10,897 nt of DNA, taken from Promethearchaeia archaeon (GTDB lineage Archaea > Asgardarchaeota > Lokiarchaeia > Sigyniarchaeales > SOKP01). The position numbers were made by a program, and so were the translations under genes. The stretch is from positions 1 through 10,897 of the forward strand of contig JAWOFX010000055.1 of NCBI GenBank assembly GCA_046497275.1, written 5' to 3'. Shown here piece after piece: positions 1 through 6,082 of this stretch. How positions within the stretch are numbered: position 1 is the stretch's first letter; each line of letters begins with the position of its first letter. The notes beneath the pieces are model-generated. The model searched no databases and was not told the origin of the DNA. It saw only the letters and a program-made list of their open reading frames with translations.

Positions 1-543
1 GCTGCTCAAATAGATAAATATGGGAATATAAATACCACTGTTGTTGGTGATTACGAAATAAACAATAGATCTGATATGAAACTTCCTGGCTCGGGAGGGG
101 CTAATGAATTTGCGGGTCATAGTAATAGAACAATCTTCACAGTGGTTGGAGGAAAATTTGTTGAGAAATTAGACTATTTAACTACCCCAGGATGGTTGGA
201 TGGAGGGGAATCAAGAAGAAAAGCAGGATTACCAGGAGGGCCTTCAGCAGTATTCAGTCAGTATGGTGTTTTTAGGTTTTTGGAGGATTCAAAAGAAATG
301 TATTTAGCAGGCCTTTTCCCAGATACGACTATAGATAATATTCGAGATATGATTCCTTGGGATTTAAAAACTGCAGAAGATATTGGGAAATCTTTAAAGA
401 AGATAGCGAATCCGAGTCCTGCAGAATTAAAATTCATAAGATCCTTTGAACCATTTCTTGGAATATCTGGACACGAAGGGAGACTCCTCCAAGTGAAAGC
501 ATTATCAAATTATTATGAAAAGAAAGCTCATGGCGAATTATAA
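1..543 (+). CDS. Family I CoA-transferase beta subunit (GctB/PcaJ-like), 5'-truncated by the window
   Basis: Frame 1 is open from base 1 (AAQIDKYGNINTTVVGDY...) into the tracked ORF, so the Met at 76 is internal. Motifs AQIDKYGNIN, LPGSGGANEFA, FVEKLDYLTTPG and G-P-x-x-V-x-S-x-x-GVFRF are typical of glutaconate/3-oxoadipate CoA-transferase B subunits. Substrate cannot be assigned. Confidence 0.9.
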   Translation, partial: AAQIDKYGNINTTVVGDYEINNRSDMKLPGSGGANEFAGHSNRTIFTVVGGKFVEKLDYLTTPGWLDGGESRRKAGLPGGPSAVFSQYGVFRFLEDSKEMYLAGLFPDTTIDNIRDMIPWDLKTAEDIGKSLKKIANPSPAELKFIRSFEPFLGISGHEGRLLQVKALSNYYEKKAHGEL

Positions 544-667
544 TTTCTTTACATTCGCATATTCCAATATTAAATTACTGGAAAACAAAAAACCATTAAT
601 AAAAACAATGTGTATATAGTAATGAATATTCATAACTAACTAAAATAAAAAATCAATTAAATTTTAA

Positions 668-685
668 GCCATAAAATATTTATCA
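668..685 (+). promoter_or_regulatory. Possible BRE/TATA element for the trxB-like gene
   Basis: GCCATAAAATATTTATCA: A-rich BRE-like run followed by TTTATC about 55 bp upstream of ATG 737. The region is very AT-rich, so chance matches are likely. Confidence 0.3.
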
Positions 686-736
686 AAATTAGAGAATTTA
701 TTAAAAATCTATAAATTCAAGTCGGAGATTGGAATT

Positions 737-1675
737 ATGGCAGACCAAATGAAAAATTATGAATGTGAAATATGTATAATAGGAGCTGGTCCAGCGGGTT
801 TAAGTGCAGCAGTTTATTGTGGTCGCGCTGGGAGAAATACATTTATTATCAAGGGAAAACAGAAAGGGGCCTTAGAAAAAACTAAAGAGATTGAGAATTG
901 GATCGGAGAACAAAAGATCGAAGGACAAACATTATTAAAAAAATTTGAGCAACATGCTAAAAATGTTGGGAATGTGACAATGATAGACGGAGATGTTATT
1001 TCATTGATGTTAGGGATGGGAAAAAACATGATCTCTACGAGATCCGCAAATATAACAGCAGATGCCGTTATTATTGCGACAGGAATGGGTGCTCAAAAGG
1101 AAATAATGGAAGGAGAGTCTAATCTCATAGGTTATGGAGTTTCATATTGTGCCCTCTGTGATGGACCTCTATATGTAAATAAGGAGGTATATCTGTATGG
1201 AGAGGATGAAGAATTAATTGAAGACGCCCTCATTCTTGATCAGATGGGTTGTAATGTTAATATCATAACACCTGTATCCATTGAACAATTACCAGAAAAA
1301 ATAAAAGAAGCAGAAGAAAAGGACATTAACCTCATTACAAATGCTGAAATTCTTGAAGCAGAAGCCAATTCAGAAGGAATTTTAGAAAAAATCAAATATA
1401 AATCAAAAAAAACCGATGAAATAAATGAAATTGAATTGGATGCTTTATTTATTTTTTCCTATGTACCCTCTAATTCGATCTTTAAAAAGGGTGGTGTTGA
1501 ACTTAATGGAAAAGGCAATATTGCAGTTGATGAAAATCAACAAACTAATTTAAAAGGGGTATTTGCTGCAGGGGATGTAACGGGAGGAGTATTTCAAGTG
1601 GTTTTTGCGGTAGCTGAAGGGGCAAGAGCAGGTATCAATGCAGCTAAATATGTACGGCAATTACAGAAAGAATAG
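737..1675 (+). CDS. trxB: Thioredoxin reductase-like FAD-dependent disulfide oxidoreductase with degenerate NAD(P)H-binding motifs
   Basis: N-terminal FAD motif IIGAGPAGLSAA, IIATG, redox-active GVSYCALCDG (C138-x-x-C141) and C-terminal FAD motif TNLKGVFAAGDV; 312 aa is typical of low-molecular-weight TrxR. The GGGxxA motif is replaced by GEDEEL and HRRx by TPVS. Confidence 0.9.
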   Translation: MADQMKNYECEICIIGAGPAGLSAAVYCGRAGRNTFIIKGKQKGALEKTKEIENWIGEQKIEGQTLLKKFEQHAKNVGNVTMIDGDVISLMLGMGKNMISTRSANITADAVIIATGMGAQKEIMEGESNLIGYGVSYCALCDGPLYVNKEVYLYGEDEELIEDALILDQMGCNVNIITPVSIEQLPEKIKEAEEKDINLITNAEILEAEANSEGILEKIKYKSKKTDEINEIELDALFIFSYVPSNSIFKKGGVELNGKGNIAVDENQQTNLKGVFAAGDVTGGVFQVVFAVAEGARAGINAAKYVRQLQKE

Positions 1676-1742
1676 AAATATAAAAACTAATTCTTAATAA
1701 TATTTCTTAAAATTATATCACCTACATAACATACGAACTTTT

Positions 1743-1764
1743 GTAATATCTCAGTAATATCTCA
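1743..1764 (+). repeat. Perfect 11-bp tandem direct repeat (GTAATATCTCA x2) ending 6 bp upstream of the xerA start codon
   Basis: Read directly: GTAATATCTCA at 1743-1753 and again at 1754-1764, then ATTGTT and ATG at 1771. Confidence 0.9.
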
Positions 1765-1770
1765 ATTGTT

Positions 1771-2694
1771 ATGAGTGATTACAAGATTTCTGATTTTATT
1801 GATGATTTCCTTATCGCAAAAGAGGTGGAAGAGGGATGCCGACCATCAACTATTCGAGCTTATCGTTATGATCTTGAAAAATTTGAAAAAATTTTGGGCG
1901 ACTTAGAAATTAATCATCAATTAATGCGTCAAAAAGTTAGATATTTCTTGAAAAAATTAAAGGATAAGGGATATACTAAAAGATCTATTAGTAGAAAAAT
2001 TGCTTGTTTGCGTTCATTTTTCAAATTTCTCACTTTAAATGAATATGTTGAAAAAAATCCAATGAATACGATCAAGAGTCCAAAAATTAGAAGTGAAGAA
2101 AGTCTTCCAAAATTCTTAGATTTGAAAGATATGAAAAAAATATTTGAGGATCTTAAAAATCGAAAGATTTTCAACTCCAAAAAGAGCAAAAGATATTATC
2201 TAATGGTTCGAATTTTATATGCAACCATGGCAAGAGTAAGCGAATTATGTAATATTAGAATTAGAGATGTAAATTTCGAAAAGGGATATATACGACTTCG
2301 GGGTAAAGGGAATAAAGAACGAATCGTGCCCATTGATTCAAAGACACTCTATATTATTAAAGAACATTTAGAGAATAGATTAGTATATGAACCCGATGAT
2401 TTTTTAATGGTTAATACCCGCAATGAACAATTACAGCCTAGAGTTGTTCAAAATGATATTAATATCATTAAGGAAAAATGTGGATTTCCAGAGTCTAAAG
2501 ACATTACACCTCACGTTTTTCGGCATACAGGCGCTACACATTTACGAAGATCTGGTATGGATATTAGCGAATTACAGGATATATTAGGACATTCTTCCCC
2601 TAATACAACTCGTATATATGCAAAAAATGATATAACTAAATTGAAAGAGTCTTATAGTATGATGCATCCCTTAAGCAATTCTAAGGAGATTTGA
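1771..2694 (+). CDS. xerA: Tyrosine recombinase, XerA/XerC-XerD family
   Basis: N-terminal core-binding domain (TIRAYRYDL...SISRKIACLRSFFKFL) and a complete catalytic set: R155 (LYATMARVSEL), K179 (RGKGNKERIVP), H248/R251 (TPHVFRH), H274 (ILGHSS), Y283 (TTRIY). The C-terminal helix LKESYSMMHPL is XerC/D-like; 307 aa. Confidence 0.88.
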   Translation: MSDYKISDFIDDFLIAKEVEEGCRPSTIRAYRYDLEKFEKILGDLEINHQLMRQKVRYFLKKLKDKGYTKRSISRKIACLRSFFKFLTLNEYVEKNPMNTIKSPKIRSEESLPKFLDLKDMKKIFEDLKNRKIFNSKKSKRYYLMVRILYATMARVSELCNIRIRDVNFEKGYIRLRGKGNKERIVPIDSKTLYIIKEHLENRLVYEPDDFLMVNTRNEQLQPRVVQNDINIIKEKCGFPESKDITPHVFRHTGATHLRRSGMDISELQDILGHSSPNTTRIYAKNDITKLKESYSMMHPLSNSKEI

Positions 2695-2703
2695 TTTTTT
2701 TTT
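2695..2703 (+). terminator. Oligo-T (T9) archaeal-type terminator of xerA
   Basis: Run of 9 T immediately after the TGA stop, followed by further T-rich sequence. Confidence 0.55.
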
Positions 2704-2803
2704 ATCTATTTTTTAAAAATGTTATAAGGAAAATATTAAATAATCTTCAATTTAAAGAAATTTAGTAATTATTTAATCTAGTATATTAGAGGGATTGATA
2801 ATA

Positions 2804-4072
2804 TTACGACAATTCAGAGATCGCTCTTTCAAGGACTATATCTTCTTTTCTTCTTAATGATTCTATTGTCGGAATAATTTCGATATCGGGAGAAATACCT
2901 ACACCCTCAAATTCGGAGCCATCTGGAAAATATGCCCGTTTTGCTCCAACATAAATAGTAATCCCATTATCGAAACTATATTGGTAGGGCTCCCCTGTAG
3001 TTCCCTTTGTTTTTTCTCCAATTATAATGGCTCTCTTATTATCTTTAAAGGGTTGGACAAAATCTTCCGCTGCGGAACCCGTCATCCCGTCTGTTAAAAT
3101 CGCAATCTTTCCTTTATAACACTCTTTAATAGGTTTTTCATAAGTACTATACCATAGCATATGAGGATCTTGAAAATATGAATATTGTTGAAATTTATTA
3201 TAAATTTCGGAATATCCCTCATTTAAAGGGTCATGTTTATCTAATAACCTTTTGAAGAACTCTGAGTAGTATCGAAAAACTCCAATGCTAAGCTTTGTGG
3301 ATACACTCCAAGATCTGTAGGGTCGATCCATCAAATTTGAAATTAATTTTATGGGAGTGGAGCCCCCTGAATTTTTTCTTACATCGATAATGAGGGCTTT
3401 TGAATCCAAAGATAATTCTAAAAATTGTATTACTTCCCTCTCATATTTGGGTAATCCAAAACTTGGAATTTTGATATATACTATGTCTTTATCTTGGATT
3501 GATGTTTGAGTTGGTTTTAAAGGATCTATTTTACTGCCAGAACTATTTTTTTTCCGAACTTGTTTAATTTCTACATTTTTTCCATCTTCAAGAATTATGG
3601 AAAATTGCTTTGGAAATAAAAAATTAAAACTATAAAACTTGTTTCTTTTCGCCCTTTTGCTGGATGCTGAAATGTATTTTTCCATCCTACCAAAAAAAGC
3701 GTTAAAATCCTCGTTATTTATAGATGCTATTATATCTCCTGGAGATAATTCGGATTCCTTGGAAGAAGTAATGACCCATTTATCTTTTAAATATGTGAAT
3801 GTAAAATCGAAATTCTTTCCATATTCTAATTCCAACCAATTATCTTTATACCATGTATGACCGTTTTGAAGATGAGAAAAAAATTCCATCATGATAAGGT
3901 CAAATTCGTAACGATTGGAAGTCCGTGTTATGCGTGGTATGATCATATTATATAAAGTATCGATTTCGAGTTCGGGAATGGATTTCCAATGGGCAAAATA
4001 AGTATTTATGGCAGAATAAGTCTTAGAAAGAATGAATATTCGTAGAGATAAATCAATGTCTTGAGAATCCAT
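2804..4072 (-). CDS. S41 family serine peptidase (tricorn/CPAF-like Ser-His type), no signal peptide
   Basis: Motifs HLQNGHT (H72), PGDIIASIN (PDZ-like segment), YIKIPSF, LIIDVRKNSGGS, ILTDGMTGSAAEDF (nucleophile S333), IIGEKTKG and EGVGISPDIEI. The N-terminus MDSQDIDLSL is not signal-like. Confidence 0.88.
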   Translation of the reverse strand: MDSQDIDLSLRIFILSKTYSAINTYFAHWKSIPELEIDTLYNMIIPRITRTSNRYEFDLIMMEFFSHLQNGHTWYKDNWLELEYGKNFDFTFTYLKDKWVITSSKESELSPGDIIASINNEDFNAFFGRMEKYISASSKRAKRNKFYSFNFLFPKQFSIILEDGKNVEIKQVRKKNSSGSKIDPLKPTQTSIQDKDIVYIKIPSFGLPKYEREVIQFLELSLDSKALIIDVRKNSGGSTPIKLISNLMDRPYRSWSVSTKLSIGVFRYYSEFFKRLLDKHDPLNEGYSEIYNKFQQYSYFQDPHMLWYSTYEKPIKECYKGKIAILTDGMTGSAAEDFVQPFKDNKRAIIIGEKTKGTTGEPYQYSFDNGITIYVGAKRAYFPDGSEFEGVGISPDIEIIPTIESLRRKEDIVLERAISELS

Positions 4073-4456
4073 ATTATTTTTTATTATTTAAAGAGATAAG
4101 AAGTTTGGCATAAAAATTAGAATAATCTAAATCTTAAGGACTAACGCTGATCTAAGAGTTTGATCGAGATTAATCTAGCTCCAGACCCTCAACGACGTCC
4201 TCAACATCATATGGCAATATTATTTTTATTTCAATTTGCTTAATCTGACATTTTATATGGCTCTCTCTAAAATGAAATAATATCAAAAATAATATAATTT
4301 TTTTTAATCAGAAATTTTTAAGATAATTTCATTAATATATAAATTACTAAACACTTCTTACATTATTATTAAATGTAAATATAAGAAAATTTAAGTTGAA
4401 AACTTCTATATTAATATAAAATTGAATGAGAACATATTTGAATATAAGGTATAGGT
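4073..4456. other. Divergent intergenic region upstream of cdc6; candidate replication origin / control region
   Basis: 384 bp non-coding. 4271-4450 is ~13% GC (24/180 by hand count) while 4138-4215 is ~46% GC (36/78). TAATCT-type motifs recur at 4123, 4148, 4171 and 4241. No canonical ORB was recognised. Confidence 0.35.
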
Positions 4457-5644
4457 ATGGATGAAGATAAATTTCGAGCCGAATTCAGTAAAAAATCTGT
4501 GTTTCGCCAAGCTAGTTCGTTGGACTTTAGCTATGTTCCTGATACCCTATATTGTCGTGATGAAGAAATCAAACAATTGATACATAATTTCCGCAGAATT
4601 ATAGAAGAGGATATGCAACCCACTATTAATATACTGATAACTGGAAAAGGGGGAGTGGGAAAAACTGTCACCGCACGATATTTTGGAAAAAATTTCAGAA
4701 CAATTGCCATAGAGAATAAGGTCAAAATATTTATTGAATATTTTAATTGTATTAATTTTCGATCCAAAAGTAAGATAATTAGAGAATTATTAGCAAAATA
4801 TACCCATGGATCAGGTAGAGGTTTTTCAGATGATGAAGCAATTAAGCTTATACTTTCCAAACTTATTCGGGATGAGGGTTACATCTTATTAATCATTGAT
4901 GAGATTCATTTATTGAAACCAAAAGAAGTGTGGGCTTTATTAGATATTGCGGAATCTTATGGGCATCAAAATGCAAAATTATCGATTCTTCTTATTTCAA
5001 GGACTAAGGATTGGATGCGTATCGAGACTGAGAGAATTCTAAGTCGATTAAATTCTAAAATAAGGCTAAATCCTTATAACTACGAAGAATCATTAAAAAT
5101 CCTTAAATACAGAACTGAAATCGCCTTTAAAGACGGAGTTATTAGTGAACAAATCATTGAGATGATCTCTCAGATTGTGGTAGAACATGGAAATATGAGA
5201 CATGGAATTGAAATTCTTAGAAAATGTGGCTTATATTCAGATAAAGAAGGATTCGATTACATTACCGCAGATATGGTTAGAGAAGCATCAGATCAAGTAT
5301 ATCCTACTTTTCGTGGAGATATTGTTGATCAATTGAATGATCAAGAATTATTTGCGCTTTATGGAATTGCACAGTCCTTAAGAAATAGAGAAGAGCCCTA
5401 TACCCTAGTAGATGATGCATATGAACAATATCAAATAATATGTGAAACTTATGATGTTAATCCCCATGTAAAAATGAGTTTCAGAAAATATGTGCGACAA
5501 TTAAATGATTTAAAAATAATAGCATCAAAAACCGTAAGAATAGAAGAAGATAAAAGAGGACGGCATTTGGAAATAACTATGCTTGATATTCCACCAAAAA
5601 AGTTAATAGAGTTATTAGATAATATTTTTAGTAAAAAATTCTGA
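4457..5644 (+). CDS. cdc6: Orc1/Cdc6 family AAA+ replication initiator
   Basis: N-terminal LDFSYVPDTLYCRDEEI, Walker A GKGGVGKT, YFNC, Walker B LLIIDEIH, IRLNPYNYEESLKILKYR, sensor-2 GNMRHGIEILR and a C-terminal winged helix (YEQYQIICE...YVRQLNDLKII...GR); 395 aa. Confidence 0.95.
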   Translation: MDEDKFRAEFSKKSVFRQASSLDFSYVPDTLYCRDEEIKQLIHNFRRIIEEDMQPTINILITGKGGVGKTVTARYFGKNFRTIAIENKVKIFIEYFNCINFRSKSKIIRELLAKYTHGSGRGFSDDEAIKLILSKLIRDEGYILLIIDEIHLLKPKEVWALLDIAESYGHQNAKLSILLISRTKDWMRIETERILSRLNSKIRLNPYNYEESLKILKYRTEIAFKDGVISEQIIEMISQIVVEHGNMRHGIEILRKCGLYSDKEGFDYITADMVREASDQVYPTFRGDIVDQLNDQELFALYGIAQSLRNREEPYTLVDDAYEQYQIICETYDVNPHVKMSFRKYVRQLNDLKIIASKTVRIEEDKRGRHLEITMLDIPPKKLIELLDNIFSKKF

Positions 5645-5692
5645 TTATTATATTTTCAAAAATGATTTGAACTAATTTCAGTGAAGAAATTA

Positions 5693-5700
5693 TTTTTTTT
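5693..5700 (+). terminator. Possible oligo-T (T8) terminator for cdc6 in the convergent cdc6/Zn-ribbon gap
   Basis: T8 run about 50 bp downstream of the cdc6 stop. Confidence 0.35.
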
Positions 5701-5705
5701 ATATT

Positions 5706-5939
5706 TTAATATCTCTCTTTATCTTCTTTGGAACGACTATACCATTCTAACCATTCTTTTTTGCGCTGACGAGATTTTTCAGATTCATCTGCATCATTTA
5801 AATTTTGTTCCTTTATTTTTTTCCAGTAATTATCTAATTCATAGCGCGTCAAAGATAATCCACAAGAATTACACACCATGGATTTTAGGTTAGGATTGTA
5901 TGTCATTTTCCCAGCACACTCAGGACATCTACTAGGCAT
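5706..5939 (-). CDS. Small Zn-ribbon protein (CxxC-x14-CxxC) with charged, Trp-containing C-terminal helix; archaeal hypothetical
   Basis: MPSRCPECAGKM...MVCNSCGL is a TFIIB/RPB9-like Zn-ribbon pattern, followed by a highly charged helix and the tail RKKEWLEWY. It has its own AT-rich upstream region, shared divergently with the DUF362 gene. Confidence 0.85.
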   Translation of the reverse strand: MPSRCPECAGKMTYNPNLKSMVCNSCGLSLTRYELDNYWKKIKEQNLNDADESEKSRQRKKEWLEWYSRSKEDKERY

Positions 5940-6082
5940 CTTAAAAAACTTTTTTCTTTCTTTTAATTAATTAAATTCATTAAAACTAAAATAATTTTCG
6001 TATAATTGATAAATAGAACATTTATTATCAGTGTAGGATTTTAAAATATAATTTAATACTACTTAAATATTAAAACTGAGCA

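Noticed and set aside
761-772. N-terminal CEIC in trxB as a second redox motif
   Set aside because: It falls on the first beta-strand of the FAD Rossmann fold (equivalent to YDVIIIGAG), so it is most likely structural.
814-1029. 71-aa minus-strand ORF in the track
   Set aside because: Antisense shadow entirely inside trxB; F/I/P-rich composition typical of reverse-frame translation.
1723-1745. TACATAAC-ATACGAA-CTTTTGTA imperfect inverted repeat as a canonical dif or loxP-like site
   Set aside because: The spacer between the ATAA and TTTT cores is 9 bp, not 6 bp, and the arms match only 6/8.
1929-2189. 86-aa minus-strand ORF in the track
   Set aside because: Antisense shadow inside xerA.
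1771-2694. Recombinase as an integron integrase (IntI)
   Set aside because: The distance from GKGNKERIVP to HVFRH (~60 aa) is XerC/D-like, the IntI-specific insertion is absent, and the C-terminus is Xer-like.
1673-2694. Pyrrolysine/selenocysteine readthrough at the trxB TAG (1673) or xerA TGA (2692)
   Set aside because: Both proteins are already full length, and in-frame stops or T-tracts follow within a few codons.
3639-3860. 73-aa plus-strand ORF in the track
   Set aside because: Antisense shadow inside the S41 peptidase.
4140-4250. Box C/D sRNA (ATGATGT on minus strand; CTGA at 4147 and 4245 on plus strand)
   Set aside because: C-like and D-like boxes are on opposite strands and no coherent C-D'-C'-D arrangement exists.
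4531-4860. 109-aa minus-strand ORF in the track
   Set aside because: Antisense shadow inside cdc6; no motifs.
5681-5893. 70-aa plus-strand ORF in the track
   Set aside because: Antisense to the Zn-ribbon gene, which has far better motif support.
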